A stretch of 64,000 nt of DNA from Gemmatimonadaceae bacterium (GTDB lineage: Bacteria; Gemmatimonadota; Gemmatimonadetes; Gemmatimonadales; Gemmatimonadaceae), in assembly GCA_045803545.1 (NCBI GenBank), contig JBJMOW010000005.1, positions 64,001-128,000 on the forward strand, in the 5' to 3' direction. This document shows positions 49,102 through 60,200 of the stretch, piece after piece (position 1 is the first letter of the stretch; every line of letters begins with the position of its first letter). The notes under the pieces were generated by a model. That model was not told the DNA's origin. It made no database searches and worked only from the letters and a program-made list of their open reading frames with translations. A program made the translations under genes and the position numbers.

Positions 49102-49977
49102 CTACTCGAGGTTCTCGACCTGCTCGCGAATCCTTTCCAGCTCTTCCTTGGTCGCGATCACGTCTTCCTGGATCTGAGCGTCGCTGGCCTTGCTGCCGAT
49201 TGTATTCGCTTCGCGAACCATCTCCTGGAGGATGAAGCCAAGTCGCTTTCCCACCGGATCTGCAGTCTTCGATTGTGCGGTCTCGCGAAAAGCAACTACA
49301 TGAGAGCGAAACCGATCGAGCTCCTCGGCGACGTCGAGCTTGTCGGCGAGAATGGCGATCTCCTGCGCTATCCGCTGCGGATCCGCGCCGGCGCTGCCGA
49401 CGAGGTCCGACACAGTTTTCTTAATGCGCTCGTGCTGTTCCTTGAGCCTTACCGGTGCGCGGCTCTCGATCCGCGCCAGGCGCGATTCGACCGCAGCAAT
49501 TCGCTCGAGGAGAAACGCAGTCAGCAGCGCCCCTTCTGCTCGACGCATCGCTACCAGGTTGTCGGCGGCTTTACTGACGATCGCGGAAAGAGCGTCTCCC
49601 GCCGCGGCGTCGAGCTCGTCACTTGGGGCGGTGACTACGTCGGGCAGCCGGAGAATGGTTCCGAGGTCTACTTCGCCACCCAGCGCATGCTTCTTTTGGA
49701 TCTCCCGAAGGGTCGTCGCGTACTGGGCGATTTTGGCCTCGTCGATGCGCGCGCCGCCGACGGCGGCATGGTCGAGTCGAGCAGTTAATGTGACATGACC
49801 CCGTGCAATCTTCTGACGCAGCAGCTCACGGATCTCACCTTCCCACCGCGCGAGCGCGGCCGGCAGTTTCAGGTTGGGACTGAAGAAGCGGTGGTTGACG
49901 GTTCTGATTTCGACGCTGGCGTGCGAGCCGGAAACGATCCCGTCGGCCGCGCCAAAACCCGTCATGCTGGATATCAT
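49102..49977 (-). CDS. yicC: YicC/YloC family endoribonuclease
   Basis: SMTGFG, VNHRF, EELDRF, REANTIGSK and REQVENLE motifs. Confidence 0.96.
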   Translation of the reverse strand: MISSMTGFGAADGIVSGSHASVEIRTVNHRFFSPNLKLPAALARWEGEIRELLRQKIARGHVTLTARLDHAAVGGARIDEAKIAQYATTLREIQKKHALGGEVDLGTILRLPDVVTAPSDELDAAAGDALSAIVSKAADNLVAMRRAEGALLTAFLLERIAAVESRLARIESRAPVRLKEQHERIKKTVSDLVGSAGADPQRIAQEIAILADKLDVAEELDRFRSHVVAFRETAQSKTADPVGKRLGFILQEMVREANTIGSKASDAQIQEDVIATKEELERIREQVENLE

Positions 49978-49989
49978 GTGACGCGAGCT

Positions 49990-50018
49990 ATCCTACGCCG
50001 CGGCAATAGGTTTGTCAA
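49990..50018 (-). promoter_or_regulatory. Sigma70 promoter for the yicC-gmk-rpoZ... operon
   Basis: TTGACA-N17-TAGGAT; the -35 overlaps the upstream stop codon and the -10 ends 12 nt before the yicC ATG. Confidence 0.7.
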
Positions 50019-51838
50019 TTCCAGAACTCCCATCGTACGCCGTAGATTGCGAGCACCCGCGGCATCTCGAATCCAGGCACGATGTCGTACTGATAGCCGA
50101 GGATGTTGCGCTGCTGATAGCTGATGACGGCGCGCATGATTCTGATCTCGAGGATTGCGGAGAGAGTCTTTCCAACCGGCGTTCGGATATCCTCGACGGT
50201 CGTTGGAAAAACGACCGCGCTGCGATACTCGTAGACGCCCGCCGCTTTCACCTCGAAATCACCGCGCGGAAACCGCTTCATGAAGTTGTTCGAGTAGTTC
50301 AGTTCCGCGCGGCTTTGCCATTTGGGCTGGTAAACGCTGCTGTCAGCCCAACGGATCGCCCACGCGTCCAAGCTAACGCCATAAGCAAGGGGACCACGAA
50401 TCGATCCGGTGTAACCGCTCACCCTCCCCGGCGACGTTGGCAGTAGCAGCGTGTCGTAGACCAACGGCGCTAGACCACTGCCCCGCTCCATACTGATCAT
50501 CCCACCCGAAACCCATGGGCGGAATAGTTTGATGCCCGCTTCGTAGCGAAACGATGTTGCGCTGGCTTGCGCTGAAGACCCAGTCGGTGTCTGGTGCGAA
50601 ACGGAGCCCGAGAATGCGATGAACGGCAGTGGCTGAGCGCGGAGCCCGCCATCTACGCTCGTGATCTGCCGGAATCCATCGTGCTGCGCGGTTGCGCTCA
50701 CCACACCAACGGGTGAGACAAGATCGAAGCGGCCACTGGCGCTGTTGTAACTGGCGCCGTTGAACGCGCGGAGCCGGTCGTCGACCTCAATCCGCGCCGG
50801 ACCGAGTGTCAGCCCACCACTTGCCACGAACTGCGATTCGAAGACGCGCCGCTCCAGGGTGTCCGCGAACGGCGTCGCACTCACGCTCCGATCCGGCGCC
50901 GTATTTCCCTTGAATCCGAGCGACGCGGCCGTGAGCTGCAGCCAGGGTCCGTGATTGCTCTCCCCGAATGCAGCCCTGATGTATGCGTCCGTGTAAGTCG
51001 CATCGACTGCGAGAATGGATGGACGGCTCAATAGCGCGCGTTGAAGCGCACGCGTCGGGTGGTGGCGCAAGACGAAACCATCGATGCTCCACGACTTGCT
51101 GGCGTACCCAACCCGCCCAAGCAACGAAAGCGCATCTCCCGCTCCCGCGAACCGCGAACTGGTCACGCCGTACTGTTGTCCGGCAAACTGAATCAGCGAA
51201 CCGCCCTGGCCACGCTTGCCGTAGAAGCCGCGGTAGAGATTGGTTTGTTCGTTGCCCGTTGCAACGTCGGCGCGGGTATATGGGTCGGTATTCTCGACAC
51301 GCCAGCTGCGCATGTAGATGCGCAGCTCGTCGGCACTTCGCTCGATGCTCAAATGCTCGAGGGTCCAGATCTGGATGGTCGAGAGATCGAGCACTCCACC
51401 CGAGCGGTTGTCGAGATTGTCGATCTCGACGCCATCGTAGAAAATCCGGACGCGGCTGAAATCGTTGTTGTAGGTCGCCGTTTGCGGCGTCGCCAGCCAA
51501 CCGGAACGGAAAGTCGCGATGCCGGGAATGCGGTCCAGCAAATCGACGAGGCTCAAAGCACCGGTGGCGAAGAGCTGAGTGCGATCCCATTCGTATTGTG
51601 GTCCAATCTCGTACAGTGCGGGATCGGCAAACCGGCCCACCGGCGGCTTGATTGTATCCGCTTTTACGCGCGCGCTGTCGGGTCCCGAATCAGTCTTCGG
51701 TTTTACGGGGATTGGGACCTCACTCGCCGGCGGCTGAACTACTTGCGCGCCGAGCGGATTTCCGGCCGCGTACAAAATCGCCCCGACCGCAAGGCCGGGG
51801 CGGACAAAGCGGACGATGTTCCAGATCGCTCGGATCAG
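50015..51838 (-). CDS. Outer-membrane beta-barrel protein with TonB-receptor-like plug; inferred CTG start
   Basis: Plug-like LVDLLDRIPGI..RIFYDG, amphipathic beta-strands and aromatic C-terminus YGVRWEFWN. Extending the frame to CTG 51838 yields a complete signal peptide. Confidence 0.7.
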   Translation of the reverse strand: MIRAIWNIVRFVRPGLAVGAILYAAGNPLGAQVVQPPASEVPIPVKPKTDSGPDSARVKADTIKPPVGRFADPALYEIGPQYEWDRTQLFATGALSLVDLLDRIPGIATFRSGWLATPQTATYNNDFSRVRIFYDGVEIDNLDNRSGGVLDLSTIQIWTLEHLSIERSADELRIYMRSWRVENTDPYTRADVATGNEQTNLYRGFYGKRGQGGSLIQFAGQQYGVTSSRFAGAGDALSLLGRVGYASKSWSIDGFVLRHHPTRALQRALLSRPSILAVDATYTDAYIRAAFGESNHGPWLQLTAASLGFKGNTAPDRSVSATPFADTLERRVFESQFVASGGLTLGPARIEVDDRLRAFNGASYNSASGRFDLVSPVGVVSATAQHDGFRQITSVDGGLRAQPLPFIAFSGSVSHQTPTGSSAQASATSFRYEAGIKLFRPWVSGGMISMERGSGLAPLVYDTLLLPTSPGRVSGYTGSIRGPLAYGVSLDAWAIRWADSSVYQPKWQSRAELNYSNNFMKRFPRGDFEVKAAGVYEYRSAVVFPTTVEDIRTPVGKTLSAILEIRIMRAVISYQQRNILGYQYDIVPGFEMPRVLAIYGVRWEFWN

Positions 51839-53307
51839 CGCGCTCTCCCGCGAACGAATTCGATGAAGGTACCCGTCGGCACTCCGGTCGGTCCCTTTGG
51901 AATCGTAACGAGGTCGGTCTCGGAATACGCGGTGCCGGCGATATCCATATGCGCCCAGGGGTAACCTTCGGCGAACTCCTTCAAGAAAAGCGCTGCCGTC
52001 GTCGCGCCGGCCGGACGCCCGCCCGAGTTCTTCACATCTGCGACGTCTGACTTGATCAGATCCTTGTATTCGTCCCAGAGCGGCAGCGGCCAGCCGGGCT
52101 CACCCGCCTTTTTTCCGGCTGCGAGAATCTCGCTCACGAGAGGCTCGTCGGTCGAGAAAATACCGCTCGCGGTGTGCCCAAGCGCGATCACGCAGGCACC
52201 GGTCAGCGTTGCGGCATCGATCACGACATCGGGGTTGAACTTCTTCGCGTAGTTCAGGCAGTCGGCGAGAACGAGGCGGCCTTCCGCATCGGTATTGATG
52301 ATCTCGATCGATTTGCCGTTACTCGCCTTTACCACATCGCCCGGGTTCATCGCGGTGCCCGACGGCATGTTGGTTGTCGCACCGATGATGCCGACGACGT
52401 TCACTTCAGGTTTCAGCTGACCGAGTGCTTCCATGGTTCCAAGCACGCCCGCGGCGCCGCACATGTCGAACTTCATGAATTCCATCCCCTGTGCCGGCTT
52501 GATGGAGATGCCGCCGCTGTCGAAGCAAAGTCCCTTCCCGACGAGTACGACTGGCTTCGCGTTCGGCTTGCCGCCGTTGAATTCGATTGCGATCAGCTTC
52601 GGGTCTTGGGGCGTGCCCTGCGCAACGGCCAGGAACGATCCCATTTTCTCCTTCTCGAGCTCCTTCCGGCCTAGAACCGTGACGTCCATCCCATATCGCT
52701 TGCCGATGTCAGTGGCAGTCTCGGCGATATAGTCAGGCGTACACAGGTTGCCCGGCATCATAGCCAGGCGCCGAGCGAGACTTTGACCGTCGCCGATCGC
52801 CTTACCGTTGTTGAGCCCGCGGCGCGTTTCGTCGGTGTTGTTGGTCAGGATGATCGCCTTCTCCAGCGGTTTCTTCCTGTCAGCTTCGGGAACCGGAGAC
52901 TTGAGATCGATGTACTCCCACGAGCCGGCAATCAAACCGATCGTGATTACTTCGACTTCTTCGGGTGAAATCTCGCCCGAATACCAGACCATCTCGCCAA
53001 CGCCGAGCCGGTGCGCGTTGCGCCCAGCGAGCGTTGCGGCGCGTTTGAGTGACGCACGACGTTCGGTGACGGTGCCCATCCCGACGAGCAGAATGCGACG
53101 CGGACCTTTGCTGAATCCGGTGAGGTGAAGGATCTCGTCGCGAGAGCCGCGGAAATCCTTCATGTCGATCATCCGCGTCAGTGCGCCCTGTGTCGCTCCA
53201 TCCAACGCGGCGATTCCGGCGAGCGTCGGGTTTTCCGGCAGGGCGACAACGAGCAGCGAAGTGCCGACCTCGATCGGACTCTGTGAGGCGATGCTGACGG
53301 AAAGCAC
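51835..53307 (-). CDS. pepA: Leucyl aminopeptidase (M17)
   Basis: VGKGLCFDSGG, MKFDMCG, NTDAEGRL and ATLTGA motifs. Confidence 0.97.
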   Translation of the reverse strand: MLSVSIASQSPIEVGTSLLVVALPENPTLAGIAALDGATQGALTRMIDMKDFRGSRDEILHLTGFSKGPRRILLVGMGTVTERRASLKRAATLAGRNAHRLGVGEMVWYSGEISPEEVEVITIGLIAGSWEYIDLKSPVPEADRKKPLEKAIILTNNTDETRRGLNNGKAIGDGQSLARRLAMMPGNLCTPDYIAETATDIGKRYGMDVTVLGRKELEKEKMGSFLAVAQGTPQDPKLIAIEFNGGKPNAKPVVLVGKGLCFDSGGISIKPAQGMEFMKFDMCGAAGVLGTMEALGQLKPEVNVVGIIGATTNMPSGTAMNPGDVVKASNGKSIEIINTDAEGRLVLADCLNYAKKFNPDVVIDAATLTGACVIALGHTASGIFSTDEPLVSEILAAGKKAGEPGWPLPLWDEYKDLIKSDVADVKNSGGRPAGATTAALFLKEFAEGYPWAHMDIAGTAYSETDLVTIPKGPTGVPTGTFIEFVRGRAR

Positions 53308-53309
53308 CC

Positions 53310-54557
53310 CTAGTTCTTCATCCCGGCGATCACCTGATCACCAAAACCTGACGTCGAGACTTCAGTCGCACCGGGCATCTGTCGGGCGAGGTCGTAGGTG
53401 ACCCGCTTCGCCTTGATCGCGTTTTCCATTCCCCTGACGATGAGGGCGGCAGCTTCGTTCCAGCCCATGTACTCGAGCATCATCACACCGGACAGAATGA
53501 CGCTCCCCGGATTGATCTTGTCGAGGTTGGCGTACTTCGGCGCGGTGCCATGCGTCGCTTCGAATACGGCGACGCCGTCTCCGACGTTGCCTCCGGGGGC
53601 AATTCCCAGCCCGCCGACCTGTGCCGCCGCCGCGTCGGACAGGTAATCGCCGTTCAAATTCGGCGTCGCAAGAACAGAGTATTCGGACGGACGAAGCAGT
53701 AGCTGCTGGAACATCGAATCCGCGATGCGATCCCGCATCACGATTGCATCGGCGCGCGCGTTCTGACCGCCCTTCGAGAGCTCGGCTTCTGTGAGCGTGT
53801 CGTCGGGGAATTTCTCACGGGCGACCTCATAGCCCCAGTCACGGAATGCACCTTCCGTGAATTTCATGATGTTGCCTTTGTGCACGAGCGTCACCGATTC
53901 CCGATTGTTTTCAATTGCGTATCGAATCGCCATTTCGACCAGGCGCTTCGAGCCGAACTCCGACATCGGCTTGACACCCAATGCCGATTTCTCGCGGATC
54001 TCGCTCTTGAATTCCTTGCGCAGATAGCTCGCGATCTTTTCGGCTTCCGGCGATCCCGCCTTCCACTCGATTCCCGCGTATACGTCTTCAGTGTTCTCAC
54101 GGAAGATCACGACATTGACTTTCTCGGGCTCCTTGACCGGCGCACCGACTCCCTCGAAGTAGCGAACCGGACGGATGCACGCGTAGAGGTCGAGGACCTG
54201 GCGCAGCGTCACGTTGAGCGACCGAATACCACCACCGACCGGAGTAGTCAGCGGTCCTTTGATCGAAACGCGGTATTCCTCCATCGCGTCCACGGTTTCC
54301 TGCGGCAACCAGTCGTTGAACTGCTTGAACGACTTCTCGCCTGCGAAAACCTCCATCCAGGCGATCTTGCGAGTGCCCTGGTATGCCTTCTCGACCGCCG
54401 CGTCGAATACACGAACAGACGCGCGCCAGATGTCGGGTCCGGTTCCGTCGCCCTCGACGAAAGGGATGATCGGGTTGTCGGGCACCGCGACTTTGCCGTT
54501 CTTGTAAACGATTCCTTCACCACGCGAAGGAACCTTGGCGAACTTATACTTCGTCAT
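53310..54557 (-). CDS. icd: NADP-dependent isocitrate dehydrogenase (E. coli-type dimeric)
   Basis: [34 protein letters not shown] and [10 protein letters not shown] motifs. Start moved to ATG 54557. Confidence 0.97.
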   Translation of the reverse strand: MTKYKFAKVPSRGEGIVYKNGKVAVPDNPIIPFVEGDGTGPDIWRASVRVFDAAVEKAYQGTRKIAWMEVFAGEKSFKQFNDWLPQETVDAMEEYRVSIKGPLTTPVGGGIRSLNVTLRQVLDLYACIRPVRYFEGVGAPVKEPEKVNVVIFRENTEDVYAGIEWKAGSPEAEKIASYLRKEFKSEIREKSALGVKPMSEFGSKRLVEMAIRYAIENNRESVTLVHKGNIMKFTEGAFRDWGYEVAREKFPDDTLTEAELSKGGQNARADAIVMRDRIADSMFQQLLLRPSEYSVLATPNLNGDYLSDAAAAQVGGLGIAPGGNVGDGVAVFEATHGTAPKYANLDKINPGSVILSGVMMLEYMGWNEAAALIVRGMENAIKAKRVTYDLARQMPGATEVSTSGFGDQVIAGMKN

Positions 54558-54664
54558 CGAAATCGAGTCAGTTAGTTGCGAATCGCCAAATGTAGTGCAA
54601 CCGGGCGTCGCACAAAACTGTCTTATACGCCAGCACAACAGGCTTGCGCTACGTATTGGGAATA

Positions 54665-56158
54665 ATGCCGGACAGGAAAAAACTTCTCACAACTCTATTG
54701 ATTGTCGCGTTGGTCGCAGTCGGATGTCGCCCGCCTCGAGTGAATGGTGCGGCCGGCGCGTCTGCAGCTCCCAACACCCCGTGGCAACCGCCTGCGAATG
54801 CGATAAAACCGGAGCCGACGATCACACCCGCGCAGGTGGCCGCGATTCCACCCGATCTCGCTCAACGCGTCCAGCGGCTCACGGTCACCGATGTCGTTGA
54901 TATTGCGTTGATGAATAATCCGGCGACACGGGCTTCGTGGTCCCAGGCACGAGCCGCCGCGTTCACGTTTGGATCCGAGCGGGGACAGTACTTCCCGACC
55001 ATCAATGCGGCGGGTCAGATCTCGCGCGCGCAAACTCCCGCGACGACCACGCGGTCGGCGGGCAAGCAAACCTCCTATGGCCCATCGATTTCGCTCAACT
55101 ACCTGCTGCTCGATTTCGGTGGCCGGTCAGGTTCGATAGAGCGCGCAAGGCAGGAGCTGTTCGCCGCCAATCTTTCGCACAATGCGACAATCCAGAATGT
55201 CGTGTTGCAGGCGGAGGTTGCGTATTTCACCTACATGGCGACTGCGTCGCTCCTGGCGGCCGAGCGTTCAGCGATCGCTGAGGCCCAGGCCAATCTCAAC
55301 GCGGCACAGGGCCGCAATCGCGTCGGGCTGGCTACGATTGCCGATGTTCTGCAGGCGCGCACCGCGTTGTCGCAGGAGCAGCTCAATCTCGAAACGACGC
55401 AGGGTAATTTGCAGGCGGCTCGGGGCGCCCTCGCCGCGGCGCTTGGTCTTCCCGCGAACCTCCCCTTCGATCTGCAGCCGTTGACTGGGCCACTGGCCGT
55501 CAGGGGACTCGCCCTCAGCGTCGACAGTGTGATCAATGAAGCGCTGCGCAATCGTCCGGATCTGCAGGCGGCGCGCGCGCAAGCCGAGGCGGCCGCGCAG
55601 TCAGTGCGCGTCGCGAGGTCGGCCGAGTTCCCTTCACTATCCCTCAACAGCAACGCCGCACGCACGTTTTCCAATCCGCGCGTTTTCGCGGGTCCGTCGT
55701 ACAACGTTCAGCTCGGACTCTCGATCCCGATCTTCAATGGCTTCTCGCATCAGTACGACGTTGCCGCCGCCCGGGCGCAGGCCGACGCAGTCTCGGCGTT
55801 CGCGGATCAGACCCGCCAACAGGTAGTGACCGAAGTATTCATCTCGTACTACTCATTGCAGACCGCCCAGCAGCGTGTTCTTACCGCCGACGATCTGCTC
55901 GCCAGCGCAGAACAGTCGGCTCAAGTAGCCGCGGGTCGGTATCGGGAAGGAGTTGGCAGTATTATCGACCTTCTCACCGCACAGACAGCACTTGCCAATG
56001 CCCGCGCTCAACAAGTCCAATCGCGCTGGCAGTGGTACACGTCCCTCGCGCAACTCGCCCGCGACGCCGGGGTACTCAGTGTACGCGGTGACACGCCTTT
56101 CGTTTTTTCCACTGACTCAACAGTGCCGCGTCCACTTCCCAATCCGGAAACACCATGA
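54665..56158 (+). CDS. TolC-family outer membrane efflux lipoprotein
   Basis: Lipobox LVAVGC and two OEP repeats (ALMNNP / ALRNRPDL); first gene of an efflux triad. Start moved to ATG 54665. Confidence 0.9.
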   Translation: MPDRKKLLTTLLIVALVAVGCRPPRVNGAAGASAAPNTPWQPPANAIKPEPTITPAQVAAIPPDLAQRVQRLTVTDVVDIALMNNPATRASWSQARAAAFTFGSERGQYFPTINAAGQISRAQTPATTTRSAGKQTSYGPSISLNYLLLDFGGRSGSIERARQELFAANLSHNATIQNVVLQAEVAYFTYMATASLLAAERSAIAEAQANLNAAQGRNRVGLATIADVLQARTALSQEQLNLETTQGNLQAARGALAAALGLPANLPFDLQPLTGPLAVRGLALSVDSVINEALRNRPDLQAARAQAEAAAQSVRVARSAEFPSLSLNSNAARTFSNPRVFAGPSYNVQLGLSIPIFNGFSHQYDVAAARAQADAVSAFADQTRQQVVTEVFISYYSLQTAQQRVLTADDLLASAEQSAQVAAGRYREGVGSIIDLLTAQTALANARAQQVQSRWQWYTSLAQLARDAGVLSVRGDTPFVFSTDSTVPRPLPNPETP

Positions 56159-57285
56159 GCACGCGTATCAATCACGCGTGCATAGCAGCGATTGTCCTTG
56201 TTGGAATCGTTGCGTGCTCGAAGCAGGACCCGCCGCGTCAGCCTACAGTGCCCGTCAGCATCACTACCGTGAAGCGCGCGAGCGTCCCGTACATCGTGAC
56301 GGCAAACGGCGTCGCCGAAGCGATGCAGACCGTCGCTATCGAAGCCCAGGTGAACGGGATCCTGCAACGCGTGTCGTTCGCCGAGGGTCAGGAAGTAGCT
56401 AATGGTCAGGTGCTGTTTCAGATCGATCCCAGACCTTACCAGGCAGTTCTGAACCAGGCACGCGCGCAGCTGACGCGTGACGAGGCAATCGCCGCCAATA
56501 CCCGTCGCGATGCAACGCGCTATGCCGCTCTCGTCAAGGAAGGCTACGTCACCGGCTCGCAGGCGGACCAGGCTGAATCGAACGCGGTATCGGCGGCGGC
56601 GACGGTAGAGGCCGATCGTGCCAACGTCCAGAAGGCTGCGCTCGACGTCGCCAACACCACGATTCGCTCGCCGATCGCCGGCAAGACCGGCAGCCTCCTC
56701 GTTCGTCAGGGAAACCTCGTCAAGGCGAACAGTGAGCCACCGCTGGTCGTAATCAATCAGATAAGGCCGATTCTGGTGAGGTTTTCAGTGCCGCAGAGTC
56801 AGTTCACTGATATTCAGAGATACTATCGGAGCGGAAACGCGCTGCTGGTCCGCGCGAAGCCATCCGAGGGCACTGCGATCGCCGTTGATGGCACGCTGGC
56901 GTTCGTCGACAACAACGTCGACACCACTACCGGCACCGTGATGCTGAAGGCTCGCTTCAATAACGCCGAAGGTCAGATCTGGCCCGGTCAGTACATGAAC
57001 ATCGCGTTGCAGCTCTATGTAGATCCGAACGCGCTTACACTGCCGGCTCCGGCTGTGCTGACAGGCCAGCAGGGCACTTACGTTTACACGATAGACACCG
57101 CAGGTAAAGCACTACAGACTCCAGTGCAGGTATCACGCACCGTCGATTCAGTCGCAGTAATCGCGACAGGGTTACGTGAGGGCGAGCGGGTAATCGTCGA
57201 TGGCCAGTCTCGCCTGCTGCCGGGATCGAAAGTAGCAATCAAAGGAGCGCCCGGCGCACCCGGCGCCTCAGGAGCACAGCGATGA
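56155..57285 (+). CDS. RND efflux membrane fusion protein (MdtA/MuxA-like)
   Basis: Lipobox GIVAC, FAEGQEV..LFQIDP, IRSPIAG and VDTTTGT motifs. Confidence 0.93.
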   Translation: MSTRINHACIAAIVLVGIVACSKQDPPRQPTVPVSITTVKRASVPYIVTANGVAEAMQTVAIEAQVNGILQRVSFAEGQEVANGQVLFQIDPRPYQAVLNQARAQLTRDEAIAANTRRDATRYAALVKEGYVTGSQADQAESNAVSAAATVEADRANVQKAALDVANTTIRSPIAGKTGSLLVRQGNLVKANSEPPLVVINQIRPILVRFSVPQSQFTDIQRYYRSGNALLVRAKPSEGTAIAVDGTLAFVDNNVDTTTGTVMLKARFNNAEGQIWPGQYMNIALQLYVDPNALTLPAPAVLTGQQGTYVYTIDTAGKALQTPVQVSRTVDSVAVIATGLREGERVIVDGQSRLLPGSKVAIKGAPGAPGASGAQR

Positions 57286-60200
57286 CCGCACTCTTTATTC
57301 GCCGACCCGTCATGACCGCGCTGGTCATGATCGGCATTCTTTTCTTCGGGACGGTTGCCTATCGGCGCTTGCCGGTCAGTGATCTGCCAACCGTTGATTT
57401 CCCGACGATCTCCGTCGGCGCGAATCTTCCCGGCGCCAGCCCCGAGACGATGGCCGCCGCCGTTGCGACGCCTCTCGAAAAACAGTTCTCCACCATCGCC
57501 GGCATCGACAACATGACTTCGTCGAGCCAGCTCGGCTCGACGAACGTCACCATCCAGTTCTCGCTGGATCGCGACATCGACGCGGCTGCCGCCGACGTTC
57601 AGGCAGCAATCTCACAGACCCTGCGCAGCTTGCCACTCGGCATCCTGCCGCCGTCGTATAGGAAGGTGAATCCTGCGGATTCACCAATTCTGTATTTCGC
57701 ACTGACGTCGAAGACGATGCCGCTGTCAGATCTCGACGAGTACGGCGAGACCTACCTCGCGCAGCGCATTTCGATGGTCCCCGGTATCGCCCAGGTGCAG
57801 GTCTACGGCGCGCAGAAGTACGCCGTACGAGTGCAGCTCGACCCGACATCGCTTGCCAACCGCGGTATCGGCATCGACGAGGTTGCCACCGCGATTGGCG
57901 CTCAAAACGTCAGCCTTCCCACCGGCACGCTGTGGGGACCCAGCAAGGCGTCGACCATCAAGGCGAATGGTCAGCTCCAGAACGCCACCGAGTTCCGCCA
58001 AATGGTGGTTGCATATCGCAATGGCGCGCCGGTCCACCTCAGTGAGCTCGGCCAGGTTCTCGACGACGTCGAGAACAACAAAACCGCGAGCTGGTTCAAT
58101 GGCGATCGCGCCATCGTCCTCGCCGTGCAACGGCAGCCGGGTACGAACACCGTCGCCGTCGCGCAGGGCGTAAAGGATCTGGTCAAACGCCTCGAGCCGC
58201 AGATCCCCCCGACAGTCCAGATCCAGACCCTTTACGATCGCTCGGTCGCGATCGAAGAGTCGGTTGGCGACGTGAAGTTCACGCTGATGCTCACCCTGTT
58301 CCTGGTGATCATGGTGATCTTCGTGTTCCTGCGAAATATCTCGGCGACGATCATCCCCAGCCTCGCACTGCCGATGTCGCTCATCGGCACCTTCGCAGTG
58401 ATGTACCTATTCGGCTACTCGCTCGACAACCTTTCCTTGATGGCGCTGACTCTCGCTGTCGGTTTCGTCGTCGATGATGCCATCGTGATGCTGGAGAACA
58501 TCGTCCGGCACATGGAGATGGGGAAGGATCCGATGAAGGCCGCGTACGAGGGATCTGCTGAGGTCGCGTTTACCATTCTCGCGATGACGATGTCGCTGAC
58601 CGCGGTTTTCATTCCGCTCCTCTTCATGGGCGGAATTCTGGGCCGTCTCTTCCACGAGTTCTCCGTAACTATTGGTACTGCGATCCTGGTATCGGGTTTC
58701 GTGTCGCTGACGCTGACGCCGATGCTGGCGAGTCGTTTCCTGAAGCCGCCGTCACACCAGCACGGCAAACTGTTCAACGCATCAGAGCGCGTTTACGAGC
58801 GCATCCTCGGGAAGTACGAATCCAGCCTCAACTGGGTGATGGACCATCGGTTCGGGTCGCTGATGTTCTCACTCGCAGTGCTCGTTGGCACCGTGGTGCT
58901 CTTCAAGACTGTGCCGACTGGATTCATTCCGACCCAGGATAATGGTCAGATCATCGCCACCACCGAGGCTGCTCAAGGCACCTCGTTCCAGGAGATGATG
59001 AAGAAGCAGCAGATCGCGGCGAACATTGTCGCGCAGAATCCCAACATATCCGGCTTCATGTCATCGGTCGGCGGCGGATTCGGTGCTAGCAACAATCAGG
59101 GTCGGCTGTTCCTTGGTCTCAAACCGAGGAAGGACCGTCCGAGCGCGGACGAAATTGTGAACGATCTTCGTCCCAAGCTGTCGGGAATTCCTGGACTCAA
59201 CGTCTATATGCAGGTCCCGCCCGCAATTCAGATCGGCGGGCGCTCGGCGAAAAGTCAATACCAGTACACGCTTCAAAGTCCTGACATCGAGGCGCTCGAC
59301 ACCGCGGCGAAGCGGCTCGAGGCGCGGATGAGGGGCATCCCCCAAATCCAGGACGTGACCAGCGATCTGCAAATCGCCAATCCACAGGTCGTTGTCGCGA
59401 TCGACCGCGATCGTGCTTCGTCGCTCGGCGTTAACGCGCAGCAGATCGAAAGCGCATTGTACAACGCATATGGCTCGCGTCAGGTATCGACGATCTATAC
59501 GCCCAACAATCAGTACATGGTGGTGATGGAGCTGCTGCCGCAATTCCAGCAGGACATCAACGCGCTGCGGATGCTTTACGTTCGGTCCGACAAGGGCGAC
59601 CTGGTTCCGTTGAGCGCGGTTGCCACTCTAACACAGAACGTCGGCCCGCTTGCGATCACGCACTCGGGTCAGCTGCCGTCGGTGACCATCTCGTTCAACA
59701 CCAAGCCAGATGTGGCGCTTGGCCAGGCAACCGCGGCCGTCGAAGCCGCCGCGTCGCAGGTCGTTCCGGGCGACATCACTACGCAGTTCTCAGGAACGGC
59801 GCAGGCCTTCCAGGCGAGTCAGCAGGGCTTGCTCGCGCTGCTGATTCTGGCGGTGTTCGTCATCTACATGGTGCTCGGCATTCTCTACGAGAGCTTCATT
59901 CACCCGGCGACGATTCTCACCGGTCTTCCCTTCGCCGCTTTCGGTGCGCTGATCGCCCTGTGGATCTTCCGTATGCCGCTCGACGTCTACGGCTTCGTAG
60001 GATTGATATTGCTGGTCGGTATCGTGAAGAAGAACGCGATCATGATGATCGACTTCGCACTCGAGGCTGAGCGAACCGAGCACATGCCGCCGTCGAAGGC
60101 GATTGTACACGCCGCCAGCGTCCGCTTCCGCCCGATCATGATGACGACGATGGCAGCGCTGATGGCGACGTTGCCCATTGCACTAGGTCGCGGCGCCGGC

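Noticed and set aside
49099..49104. yicC TAG directly followed in frame by the gmk ATG (possible readthrough fusion)
   Set aside because: Abutting stop/start is ordinary translational coupling, and both proteins are complete.
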